This document shows positions 28,361 through 37,082 of a stretch of 61,738 nucleotides of DNA, piece after piece. Position 1 is the stretch's first letter. Every line of letters starts with the position of its first letter. The notes beneath the pieces are model-generated. The model was not told the origin of the DNA and did no database searches. It saw only the letters and a list, made by a program, of their open reading frames with translations. Where the stretch lies: contig JAUXSI010000028.1 of assembly GCA_030679985.1 (NCBI GenBank), forward strand, positions 1-61,738, given 5' to 3'. A program made the position numbers and the translations under genes. This stretch comes from Candidatus Moraniibacteriota bacterium (GTDB taxonomy: Bacteria; Patescibacteriota; Minisyncoccia; Moranbacterales; UBA2206).

Positions 28361-28430
28361 CAAAAACGGGCTTCGGCAAAAAAATAAAAGGGATGGTTTT
28401 CGGCCAGCCCTTTTTGTTTTGGAATAAAAT

Positions 28431-28462
28431 AACCCGCCCTGTGAAAAAAAACAGGGCGGGTT
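28431..28462. terminator. Hairpin between convergent genes
   Basis: AACCCGCCCTG (28431-28441) pairs with CAGGGCGGGTT (28452-28462), an 11-bp stem with an A-rich loop. Confidence 0.55.
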
Positions 28463-28484
28463 GCGGGCGGGCGGGTTCATTCGG

Positions 28485-29678
28485 TCAAAGCGACGCGCTG
28501 ATATCATGGAAGCCTTTGCCGTACATGATGTTTTTAATCCGCATATTATCCGCTCTGGTCACGATGACCGTAGACCGGAAATTGCTCGGCCGGTCCAAGT
28601 CGCGCAGACGGCTGAGATTTAAAAACGAAACTCTGGTGCTGTTGCTCTTGTGCCGGAAAATCGAATAGGGCGGCAATGGGGACATCAAGATGCTCTCCTT
28701 AGCCAATGTCTGCGCCAAACTCACTTCATAGATATTGAAGATGTTTTCACCTTGGATATCTTTGGCGAATTTGACATACGCCAGCCAATGGATCCATTCG
28801 CCGATTTTTTCCCCATTAGCCATAATGAACCCGACCGGCGAGTCAGAGGGCTGGAAATCGGAAAGAAACAGGATCCTGGAAGGACCGCCAGGGCAATCAT
28901 GATGCAGATGCGATCGATAGTCCGGCAAAATACCGCTATTGGTCAGATTTTCCTCATAGCCGGTTTTACCGACGAAAGAAACGAATCTGAGAAAATCTTC
29001 CCGGTTCTCGCATTTGTTTTTACTGGAACAAAAGTTTATTTTCTTTCCTTTCCGCTCGACCGCCTTCAAGTTGATCGTGGAATGGATTTTACCCATCTGG
29101 TCCACATCCCCACGGATATGGAACGCATAGGCGCCACCGGGACAGGCGACAAAAATCGTCCGGGTCATAATATTCATCACCACGGAAACGACTATATTGC
29201 CCCGGTTTACGCAGGTGAGCGCGATGGTCGCGCCCGAAATCATAATTGGCGAGACGCTGTCGATCTCCTTCTCCCAATAGCTGTTCGCCTCCGGGCAAGC
29301 GATGACATCGCCGACCAGATCGATTTCGCTTTTCCCGCAAGTGTCCGGGAAATCCCTCAGGAACCGCCCGAATTTGGCCGACCGATCCAAGGGATCGGAA
29401 AAGAACATCAGTGGCTGTTTGTCGGGATCGGAATCCTCGGGCCAGTGCTTCCTGGTAATGTGGTCCGTTTCCTCCGTCACCAGCACCGGATTGACAAAAA
29501 AACCGTCGACCGCTTCACGGATGCTGTTTTCAGGCACGGCGTCCATTCCTAATGTGTCTCTTTTGCCGATTTTTTGCTGGTTCAGGACCTCCGCCACGGG
29601 AGTCTGCGTCAAATCCAATGCGGCGCCCAAAACGGTCCGGATCGCGAAATCGCAATAAACCCTTTCGATTCCTTTCAT
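28485..29678 (-). CDS. Divergent inositol-monophosphatase/FBPase-superfamily-like protein
   Basis: 397 aa. VLVTEETD ... FFSDPLDRS resembles the EE ... DP(I/L)D(G/S)(T/S) metal-binding motifs of the IMPase superfamily. The remainder is not recognisable. Confidence 0.5.
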   Translation of the reverse strand: MKGIERVYCDFAIRTVLGAALDLTQTPVAEVLNQQKIGKRDTLGMDAVPENSIREAVDGFFVNPVLVTEETDHITRKHWPEDSDPDKQPLMFFSDPLDRSAKFGRFLRDFPDTCGKSEIDLVGDVIACPEANSYWEKEIDSVSPIMISGATIALTCVNRGNIVVSVVMNIMTRTIFVACPGGAYAFHIRGDVDQMGKIHSTINLKAVERKGKKINFCSSKNKCENREDFLRFVSFVGKTGYEENLTNSGILPDYRSHLHHDCPGGPSRILFLSDFQPSDSPVGFIMANGEKIGEWIHWLAYVKFAKDIQGENIFNIYEVSLAQTLAKESILMSPLPPYSIFRHKSNSTRVSFLNLSRLRDLDRPSNFRSTVIVTRADNMRIKNIMYGKGFHDISASL

Positions 29679-29774
29679 TCTGCACCTCCTTATCTTAAGT
29701 TGTATTTTGATTTTTTTAGTTGCTTACAAGCTATCCCAACCGGCTTGCTTTGTCAACAGAAATCCGACTGGCGG

Positions 29775-29809
29775 AAAAAATAAAAAAACCGGCGCTGAGA
29801 ACGCGTCGG
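29775..29809 (-). terminator. Intrinsic terminator at the end of the sipW/TasA-like operon
   Basis: CCGGCGC (29789-29795) pairs with GCGTCGG (29803-29809), followed by a long T-run on the minus strand. Confidence 0.6.
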
Positions 29810-29833
29810 CTTTCCGATTTCGCTATCTCCGAT

Positions 29834-31129
29834 CTATCCGGATACGGAGCCGGCCGGATCATCCGGTTCCAAAACCGGATCAGCCTCAATTCCGACTTCC
29901 TCTTCGACAAGCTCTTCCGGTTCAGTCCCCGGACCGGCGGCATCGGTTTCCAGCGGCACCGTTCCATCTTCGCTTTCCCCAGAAATATCACTCTCGCCGT
30001 CATCCTCAGCCGGAATCACAGCGTCAGCGACAGCCAGCGGATCAATTTGGTTTGGATTTTGTTCCGACACAATGACATCCGCCTTGCCAGAATCCTCTTC
30101 TTTTTCCAATGATGTCTGCTCCGGTCCGGATTTATCCTCTTCTAATTTATTTTTCTTTCCGGGAGTCGGGACCGGATCGACCCAATTATCCGAACCATCC
30201 GAAATCCTGGCGAAAGATTTGCCTTCCGACGCCCTGCCTTTGTATTCATATGCATCAATCAAATCAGCGCCAGCGGAAATTTCCCCGGCATACAACCGCA
30301 CCGTGTCCCCGCCGGAATTATTCAAAGCGAAATCGGCATCGCCGTCGCGATAGACCACTAAGAATTTTTTGGGCTTGATAACGGTCGAGTCGGCATCGAT
30401 ATTATCCGGACTGATAACCAATTCGTGATCGTCATCGGAATCATAGAGAACCCAGCCATCGACATCCACATCTTCTTTGCCCCGGTTATATAGTTCCACC
30501 CATTCCCCCGCCGGCTGGGCGCCATTATCATCACCCTCCGGATTCGGTAAAAATTCATTCAGGACGATCCCGTTCCGTTTGAAAGAAACTTCGTCCGTGA
30601 TTTCTTCTTCATCCGTGAACCCTTCCCCGAACGGCAGATCATTTTCCATTTGCGAACCGGAAAATACGATCTTGAACCGGCAAGTTTCGTCCCGCAAATC
30701 TTCCGGGACATCCGGCCGGAAACTGATGCCGAACGACCATTTATCAATATCGGAAGAATCGACCGGACCGTATTGGAAACCGTCCAGCGAACCGGCATAT
30801 TCCGCGTCCTCACTCCTAGGGCCCGCTTCCAATTCCACATAATCACATAGCGGACCGGAAAGTCCGGCGCTGGCAACCTCATAGCGGAACGCTTCACCGC
30901 CATCCAAAACATTCACGTTCCGCGCCAAAACTTCTCCAGCCGGAATCGGTTCTTTGGTGAAACCGACCGGGGTCAATTTGAAATCTAATTTTCCAGCCGT
31001 AAAAGAATTGTTTTCCGATTTTTCACTGTCGACAAAAGACGCCCAAGCTCCGCCGACCAAAGAAAAGCCGACCCACACGAGAGCGGCGGACCAAACCAGC
31101 AGAAAGATTTTGAAAGCCGTTTTGCTCAT
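29834..31129 (-). CDS. Secreted protein: SipW-type (TasA/camelysin-class) signal peptide plus N-domain, lamin-tail domain (LTD), acidic C-terminal tail
   Basis: 431 aa. N-terminus: ...LVGGAWASFVDSEKSENNSFTAGKLDFKL. LTD-like segment: VLNEFLPNPEGDDNGAQPAGEWVELYNRGKEDVDVDGWVLYDSDDDHELVI...NNSGGDTVRLY. The C-terminus is D/E/P-rich. Its ATG overlaps the sipW stop (ATGA at 31126-31129). Confidence 0.85.
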   Translation of the reverse strand: MSKTAFKIFLLVWSAALVWVGFSLVGGAWASFVDSEKSENNSFTAGKLDFKLTPVGFTKEPIPAGEVLARNVNVLDGGEAFRYEVASAGLSGPLCDYVELEAGPRSEDAEYAGSLDGFQYGPVDSSDIDKWSFGISFRPDVPEDLRDETCRFKIVFSGSQMENDLPFGEGFTDEEEITDEVSFKRNGIVLNEFLPNPEGDDNGAQPAGEWVELYNRGKEDVDVDGWVLYDSDDDHELVISPDNIDADSTVIKPKKFLVVYRDGDADFALNNSGGDTVRLYAGEISAGADLIDAYEYKGRASEGKSFARISDGSDNWVDPVPTPGKKNKLEEDKSGPEQTSLEKEEDSGKADVIVSEQNPNQIDPLAVADAVIPAEDDGESDISGESEDGTVPLETDAAGPGTEPEELVEEEVGIEADPVLEPDDPAGSVSG

Positions 31130-31644
31130 ACGCTTTTTTCTTTTTCCCTTTTCATTTTTATAATCTCATCTTTGATTTTTTTAGCTTCATCAAAAATGAT
31201 CCACAGGGCCGGAATCACTACCAGCGCCACGAAGCCATAGGGCTGTTTGGCGGTATGCACGACATATCCCAGGTACGGGACCGTGAAAAAAACTTTGCCT
31301 AAAACATTTTCTTGGGGGATCTCACTGGAATCCTGTCCGTTATTGGCATCGCCCTTAGTGATAAAAGACGTCCGGCCGCCGGTACTTTTTATTTCCACGA
31401 TCCGATGGGTGATGACCAGCTTGGCAGATTTGGCGTCCGCGAAGCTTATCACGTCCCCGACCTGGTAGTCTCCCGGCCGGGTGGCCACGATGCTCCCGGT
31501 CTTAATCGCCGGTTCCATCGAACCCGATTGCACCACCATCACCTTGTAATTTCCGGGAATCGGAAAGGCCGAAACGACCAACAATATGATTACGATGCCT
31601 ATCGCGCCGAAAAAAAGATATTGGACAAATTTGAATATTTTCAT
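31126..31644 (-). CDS. sipW: Signal peptidase I, archaeal/ER type (SipW-like)
   Basis: 172 aa with an N-terminal TM helix, QSGSMEP (nucleophile Ser), ITHRIV (His general base), KGDANNGQD and a C-terminal TM helix. Confidence 0.88.
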   Translation of the reverse strand: MKIFKFVQYLFFGAIGIVIILLVVSAFPIPGNYKVMVVQSGSMEPAIKTGSIVATRPGDYQVGDVISFADAKSAKLVITHRIVEIKSTGGRTSFITKGDANNGQDSSEIPQENVLGKVFFTVPYLGYVVHTAKQPYGFVALVVIPALWIIFDEAKKIKDEIIKMKREKEKSV

Positions 31645-31738
31645 ATTTTTAAAGCCTTACCATCCAGCCCTGGGACTAGGGCTGGAAAAAAAGCTTCAAA
31701 TCCTGATTATGCCGGACAAAAAATCCATTGGACTAGAT

Positions 31739-32470
31739 TTATGGAAAAATCTTGTCAGGATTATTGTCCGCTTGGACCACTTGCATAACCACTTTCCCCG
31801 AGATAGAATCGCTTTGCAAAATATTCCCTTCTCCTGCAGGCAGACTCCATTTTATTCCCAGGTAATATGTATTGGAAGCGACAATCTCTTCTGGCAAAAC
31901 GATCCAGCCCAAGGCATAGATATCGTCAGCGGATATGTCTTCCTCCAAGACGGATTCCACTCCATCCAGGATCTTGTCGCCCTCCTGCGGATCCAGCGCG
32001 CACGCCGGTTGGTTGGTCGGACACTGCCAGCCAGAAACGCCCCCTTCATCCATCCACAAAGTAAAGAGAAGTTTCTTGCCCAATTCACCCTGTCCGTTGC
32101 CTGGATCACCGCAGGTCGCATCCAATTTCGCTTCCGGTTCCGTGCAGGCGTTCTCCCAATTGAAGAGATTAGCCAGACTTATCCGCCCCCAAGCGTTATT
32201 GTTGTACACATGCCAGCTGATCGCTGCTGAGCGGCTGTCGCCCGGCTTCACGTCACATTCAGAAAAGAATGGCCGGTTGTCCACCAGATCCCTTTCAGAA
32301 AAAGAGCAGCCGACTTTATCGCATTGGTAATCGACTTTCAAGTCGATCTCGCCGGCGCTGAAAGTGTTACCGACACTCTCCTCCTGATCCCTGAAAAAAG
32401 ACATCGTTCCACCAATCAATACAACGCCTACTATCCCGATTACGCCCAGACTGAACAATATTTTTTTCAT
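31739..32470 (-). CDS. TasA/camelysin-family secreted protein (SipW-dependent signal peptide)
   Basis: 243 aa. N-terminus: MKKILFSLGVIGIVGVVLIGGTMSFFRDQEESVGNTFSAGEIDLKVD, which matches the TasA/CalY N-terminal pattern. Confidence 0.85.
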   Translation of the reverse strand: MKKILFSLGVIGIVGVVLIGGTMSFFRDQEESVGNTFSAGEIDLKVDYQCDKVGCSFSERDLVDNRPFFSECDVKPGDSRSAAISWHVYNNNAWGRISLANLFNWENACTEPEAKLDATCGDPGNGQGELGKKLLFTLWMDEGGVSGWQCPTNQPACALDPQEGDKILDGVESVLEEDISADDIYALGWIVLPEEIVASNTYYLGIKWSLPAGEGNILQSDSISGKVVMQVVQADNNPDKIFP

Positions 32471-32525
32471 AATAATTTTCTATCCCTGCATCTTCCCGAA
32501 GAAAGATCGCGCGGGGATATGCAAA

Positions 32526-33146
32526 TTAATCCCCAGGTTGATTATATTCACCGATTGTAGGACAACCATCCGGATATTGGTTTCTCTCCTGCTGGGCATC
32601 AATAACCAAGTCCCCTGAGAATGAATCGGTTTGGACCGAATTATTCACAGTCGACGGAAGATTCCAACCGACTGCATATTTGTATGTCTGGCTTCCGACC
32701 AATTCTCCAAGTGAATAAATTCCACCTTCTGTGAATTTTCCGCTTGTAATCGCGGTTCCACCTTCATCATAGATGGTAAATATCATCTCATCATTCAACT
32801 CGCCATCGACATCAGCTACGCAACCAGGCTCGTCCTTCAATTCCGGCTCCGTGCAATCATTATCGGTATCCGTTTGGAATGTAATTTCAGCGAATCCGCA
32901 AGCATTATTATCTTCCACCGTTATATCGAATTTTTTCAAATCCGAATCTCCCGGCTTGATGTCGTCATAATCGAAGATCGGCGAAACCATCGTCTCGCCA
33001 TTGACATTGACGATCAGATCCAATTTTCCGGCTGTGAAAGTGTTGCCGTTGCTTTCCTCCGTGTCATTAAAATAGGCTCCGGTGGCGCCGATGATGATCG
33101 CGGCCGCCGCGAAGATGATCGCTGAACTTAAAAATATTTTTTTCAT
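32526..33146 (-). CDS. TasA/camelysin-family secreted protein (SipW-dependent signal peptide)
   Basis: 206 aa. N-terminus: MKKIFLSSAIIFAAAAIIIGATGAYFNDTEESNGNTFTAGKLDLIVN. Compare B. subtilis TasA ...GGGTWAAFNDIKSKDATFASGTLDL. Confidence 0.87.
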   Translation of the reverse strand: MKKIFLSSAIIFAAAAIIIGATGAYFNDTEESNGNTFTAGKLDLIVNVNGETMVSPIFDYDDIKPGDSDLKKFDITVEDNNACGFAEITFQTDTDNDCTEPELKDEPGCVADVDGELNDEMIFTIYDEGGTAITSGKFTEGGIYSLGELVGSQTYKYAVGWNLPSTVNNSVQTDSFSGDLVIDAQQERNQYPDGCPTIGEYNQPGD

Positions 33147-33284
33147 AGTTTTTTTTATTTGTTAGTTATCGCTTTTTAATTAATTGGTTATTTTTATTCC
33201 GCTCCGTTTATCGGAATAAAATTTTGAAACTTTAGGCAGTTTCCGCCTCGACCTTTAGTTTTATTAAAATAAAATTGTTTTCCC

Positions 33285-33343
33285 AAAAATAAAAAACCGG
33301 CCCAAACGGAAAAGTCTTGCAACTTTTCGGTCTAAACCGGTTT
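33285..33343 (-). terminator. Terminator-like compound hairpin inside the leader of the TasA-like operon (candidate attenuator)
   Basis: On the minus strand: AAACCGG...[GAAAAGT-TGCAAG-ACTTTTC]...CCGGTTT followed by TTTTTTATTTTT. It lies about 110 nt downstream of the predicted promoter and about 140 nt upstream of the ATG at 33146. Confidence 0.4.
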
Positions 33344-33459
33344 CGCCATTAAGCTCCCCGCACAAACATGAGCGACCAGGATACCCATTCATAAAAATCA
33401 TCCCGATGCGCGGATCACAGCTCTTTTAAATATGGCATTAAATTTTTCCTGGTATATCA

Positions 33460-33488
33460 ATTATAGCAAACGTTCAAAAACTAAGCAA
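33460..33488 (-). promoter_or_regulatory. Sigma-70-type promoter (TTGCTT-17 nt-TATAAT)
   Basis: On the minus strand, the -35 TTGCTT is at 33488..33483 and the consensus -10 TATAAT is at 33465..33460, with a 17-nt spacer. It sits between the upstream gene's terminator and the TasA-like operon. Confidence 0.55.
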
Positions 33489-33515
33489 ACTCTCGTAACG
33501 CTTCCGCCGGATATG

Positions 33516-33552
33516 AAAAAGGCTCTGCCGGTCTTGTTAGACTGGCAGAGCC
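33516..33552 (-). terminator. Intrinsic terminator of the 33568..34017 gene
   Basis: GGCTCTGCCGGTCT (33521-33534) pairs with AGACTGGCAGAGCC (33539-33552), 14 bp including one G-U, followed by a T-run on the minus strand. Confidence 0.7.
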
Positions 33553-33567
33553 TCGATCTTTCCTCCT

Positions 33568-34017
33568 TCATCCATTTGTGGCGCCTATCCGCGCACCGGC
33601 CGGTTTGCGCACAGATCCCGGATTCGTCTTCGCGCGTTTTTTCCTGGCGCGCTTTTTCCGCCTGATTCTTTTCGGCGTATCATCCGTCAGATACGAAACC
33701 AGATCTTTATCTCCCGGTTTTTGCGCCCCCCTGTCTATGGGCGCGATAATGACCCGCCGCTTATGGACTTCCTTCACCGCACGGGCATCTTCCTCTTCCT
33801 GGCTGCCCAGAAGGATCGCGATAACCACAGTGGCGCCGTATTTTTCCAGCAGGCCAAGCGCTTCGGAAGGCGAGTCCGTCACTATGACATCCGCTTCCTC
33901 CGGCCTGTCCACCACCAAACGGCAATCGCTGGCGCTGATTATCCGCCTGAGCTCGCGTCCGATCGGATTTTCATCCCCCCTATTCCCGATTGAAACAAAA
34001 AATCTTTTTTCCGTCAT
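33568..34017 (-). CDS. Hypothetical protein with highly basic C-terminal tail
   Basis: 149-aa ORF. The C-terminus is KRIRRKKRARKKRAKTNPGSVRKP. Confidence 0.5.
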   Translation of the reverse strand: MTEKRFFVSIGNRGDENPIGRELRRIISASDCRLVVDRPEEADVIVTDSPSEALGLLEKYGATVVIAILLGSQEEEDARAVKEVHKRRVIIAPIDRGAQKPGDKDLVSYLTDDTPKRIRRKKRARKKRAKTNPGSVRKPAGARIGATNG

Positions 34018-34288
34018 CCATCCTCCCGGATATAGTATGATTTGAATTTAAAAAAACATCCCGACTGAGACATCCATTATACCCTTTCTGGCAAAAAACT
34101 TCAACCGGCTGTTTTTGAGACTTTATCAGGCATCACCCCGCTTTGTTGGCCCGGATCAGAAGCCGGCCTTTTCGCGCGAAAATAAGATCCGCCGGAACAG
34201 GTTTCCCGTCCGGCGGCTGGCGATTGTTTTGAATTTCTCCGGTAATTTTCCACCGGTATCCCGGGAGCGCACCCAAGTCTTGGACCAT

Positions 34289-34825
34289 TCAGACGAGCGT
34301 GAATATCCGATCATTGTCGGATAGTATCATCTGATTGACGCTTCCATCGCTATCGATCACCAGTGGTGAGCCCTCGATGATCTTGAGCTCATAATCCCGG
34401 GCAATTTCCTCTATGACATTCCTGTGCTCGGCAGGAATACTGATTACCACCCATAGCGCGCCCAACCACCCGGCTAAGCGCAAACTGAAAAGATTCCCAT
34501 ATCCTCCCATATATCTGAGAATGTCCGGCTTGATTTTCGTCAACATCCCGACATAATGGAGAAACTTTTCATCTTCCAAAAACCGTCCGAATTGCCCATC
34601 CTCTTCCAACTTTTCCATCGCGTAATCTCCTCTCATTGCGCCTGGGTTGATAGTTCGCAAGGAAAAACCGATTGGCACAAGACGCGCCGAATCCGCTAGT
34701 CCTTGAAGTGGTTTCAGATATTTATCCCATATTAACATATCGGCATCTTGTCCGAAACCCCCGGTTGGCAAAATATCCGGCCTGAAACAACCCCGGTCGG
34801 AGGATGTATTATTCAACGCGACCAA
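34289..34825 (-). CDS. Hypothetical protein
   Basis: 178-aa ORF. The start is uncertain (an alternative Met30 lies at 34738). No motif recognised. Confidence 0.5.
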   Translation of the reverse strand: MVALNNTSSDRGCFRPDILPTGGFGQDADMLIWDKYLKPLQGLADSARLVPIGFSLRTINPGAMRGDYAMEKLEEDGQFGRFLEDEKFLHYVGMLTKIKPDILRYMGGYGNLFSLRLAGWLGALWVVISIPAEHRNVIEEIARDYELKIIEGSPLVIDSDGSVNQMILSDNDRIFTLV

Positions 34826-34840
34826 CTAAAAGACAAACTT

Positions 34841-35434
34841 ATGCCGACAAACGACAACTGCGAAAATTCCATCACTATCGCCTGGCACAGACCCGACTTC
34901 AAGGAGAAGTTGTTTTTCTTGACGTCCGGTATGGTTATGAGCATCCCTTTTACTCTGTTGACCGAATCATCCGCCTCCCAGCTATTGCTGGAATCCGGCT
35001 TGCCGATTTTTTATGCCCAATTTTTTTCAATCGCCCTGATCGCCCCGGTCTTGGAAGAATTCGCCAAGGCCTATCCTTTGTTCTACCGCCACGGCGAAAC
35101 GGAAAAATCCATCGTCACCCTGGGGTTCTATGCCGGCTTGGGTTTCGGCCTGGTGGAATTCATATTTTTCATATTCTATTTCGGCGCACCGATCGTGCCA
35201 CGCGCTTCAGCCGTCCTGTTCCACGCGGCAAACACTTCCATCATGGCTTACGGCATCGCCAAGAAAGAGCCTTGGAAATTTTATGCCCTGCCAGTCGCCC
35301 TGCATCTGGTCAATAACTCGCTGGCGCTTTCCGGAACAGCCCGGCCCCATCTGATCGCTTCGGTGCTTTTAGTCTCCTATGTGTTGGCGGCCGTCCTCCA
35401 CCTCAAAGCTTCCGACAAAATAATCAAGTATTGA
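34841..35434 (+). CDS. PrsW-like intramembrane metalloprotease family protein
   Basis: Start at Met32 of the listed ORF. Multi-TM with APVLEEFAKAYPL (EExxK) and a later FHAANTSIMAYG / ALHLVNN His-containing helix pair. Confidence 0.65.
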   Translation: MPTNDNCENSITIAWHRPDFKEKLFFLTSGMVMSIPFTLLTESSASQLLLESGLPIFYAQFFSIALIAPVLEEFAKAYPLFYRHGETEKSIVTLGFYAGLGFGLVEFIFFIFYFGAPIVPRASAVLFHAANTSIMAYGIAKKEPWKFYALPVALHLVNNSLALSGTARPHLIASVLLVSYVLAAVLHLKASDKIIKY

Positions 35435-35456
35435 AACCGCGCGGACGGCGATATTT

Positions 35457-36257
35457 TCAGCGTCGCCGGATAACGAACGCGGCGGCAAAAACCGCCAGCA
35501 TCACCAGGACGATGGCGCCGCCAGCCGCCAGATCAAAATAGAAGGAGGCCAAGATTCCCGCGATGACGGAAAAAAGCGAAACGGCTTCGGCATAGATAAT
35601 GGTCCGGGCGAAACTTTTCTTGAATTGGAGCGCCGTCACCACCGGAATGACGATGAGAGCTGAGATAAGAAGCACTCCGACGATCGGAATGGCCAGCGCC
35701 ACAGTCAAAGCGGCCAGGACCATCAGGACGGAATTGACCAAACGCGTCGGGACGCCGCTAATCTTGGCCGCTTCTTCGTCGAAAGTTACATAGACCAGTT
35801 GTTTATAAAAAATCCCCAGGATCAGGATCACCACGAGCGCCAAAATAAAAATCATCCGCACGTCGGCTGCCGATACGGTCACGATGCTTCCGAACAGATA
35901 ATTGAGCAAGCTGGCATTGAAACCGTCGGCCAGACCCAGGATGACGACTGCGAAAGCCAGGCTGCCGGAAAGGAAGATGGCCAGCGCCGACTCGCCGAAA
36001 AGCCGCTTGGAACTGCGCAATTTTTCGATGCCTAGGGAAGCGGCGACGGCGGTGCCGATGGCCGTCAGTACGGGGTTTATTCCCGACAGCAAACCGATCG
36101 CGATACCCGCCAACGAAACATGGGCCAGCGTATCCGCGATCAGCGAATAACGCCTCAGCACTAAAAAAATCCCGATGAGCGGCGCGATTATGGCGACGAT
36201 AACGCCAGCTTCGAGCCCCCGCACTATGAAACCGTATTGGAAAATATTCTCAAACAT
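35457..36257 (-). CDS. Metal (Zn/Mn-type) ABC transporter permease
   Basis: 266 aa with about 8 TM helices and the ...VLRRYSLIADTLAHVSLAGIAIG... motif typical of ZnuB/MntB-type permeases. Confidence 0.9.
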   Translation of the reverse strand: MFENIFQYGFIVRGLEAGVIVAIIAPLIGIFLVLRRYSLIADTLAHVSLAGIAIGLLSGINPVLTAIGTAVAASLGIEKLRSSKRLFGESALAIFLSGSLAFAVVILGLADGFNASLLNYLFGSIVTVSAADVRMIFILALVVILILGIFYKQLVYVTFDEEAAKISGVPTRLVNSVLMVLAALTVALAIPIVGVLLISALIVIPVVTALQFKKSFARTIIYAEAVSLFSVIAGILASFYFDLAAGGAIVLVMLAVFAAAFVIRRR

Positions 36258-36258
36258 T

Positions 36259-37041
36259 TTAATTGTGATGATGATGGGTTAGAATTTTGACTTTTTTGCC
36301 TCCGATATCCGACGACTCGCTTTCAGCCAAATATTCTTCCGGCGAAATATGGCAAGTCAGCGTCTTATCGACGCAGGCGATATGCATAACTTCCTGCGTC
36401 AAACGCCGGATATCGTGGGACACCAGTACTAATGTCAGTCCCGCCTCCTGGTTGAGTTTTTGCAACAGCGCAAAAAAGCTGTCTTTAGCTTCCCTGTCCA
36501 CGGCGGCCGTCGGTTCATCCAGAAAAATAACTTCGGGCCGGTTGACCAAGGCCCGGGCGATGAACACCCGCTGTTGTTGCCCGCCGGACAAATCGCCGAT
36601 CAGCCGGTCTTTGAATTCCCGCATATCGACTTTTTCAAGCGCGTCCAGGACCGCTTTCTTATCCGCCTCCGTAGTGCGCTGAAATAAACGCTTGCCGGCA
36701 CACCGACCCATCAGCACCACTTCGAAAACGCTGGCGGGAAAATTGGCATCGAAATTGGCCAGCTTCTGCGGCACATAGCCGATCTTATGCCACTCTTCAA
36801 AATCCCGCATATCCTGGCCGAACAGCCTGACCGAACCTTGATGCGGGACAAGGAGATTGAGCATCACTTTGAGCAAAGTCGTCTTGCCAGCGCCGTTGGG
36901 ACCTACCAGGCCGATGTAATCGCCTTGATGGATCGCCAAAGTGATGTTTTGCAAAACATCTTCCCGGCCGTCATACGAAAAAGAAACGTCCGCCACCTCG
37001 ATGATGTTTTTACTATGGTCGACTTTATTGGATTCTTCCAT
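36259..37041 (-). CDS. Metal ABC transporter ATP-binding protein with C-terminal His-rich tail
   Basis: 260 aa with Walker A GPNGAGKTT, signature LSGGQQQRV and Walker B IFLDEPTAAVD. Ends ...KILTHHHHN. Confidence 0.92.
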   Translation of the reverse strand: MEESNKVDHSKNIIEVADVSFSYDGREDVLQNITLAIHQGDYIGLVGPNGAGKTTLLKVMLNLLVPHQGSVRLFGQDMRDFEEWHKIGYVPQKLANFDANFPASVFEVVLMGRCAGKRLFQRTTEADKKAVLDALEKVDMREFKDRLIGDLSGGQQQRVFIARALVNRPEVIFLDEPTAAVDREAKDSFFALLQKLNQEAGLTLVLVSHDIRRLTQEVMHIACVDKTLTCHISPEEYLAESESSDIGGKKVKILTHHHHN

Positions 37042-37082
37042 TTGCTAAAATTATGGTTTATGATCCGCTTAGAAAAAAGTTC

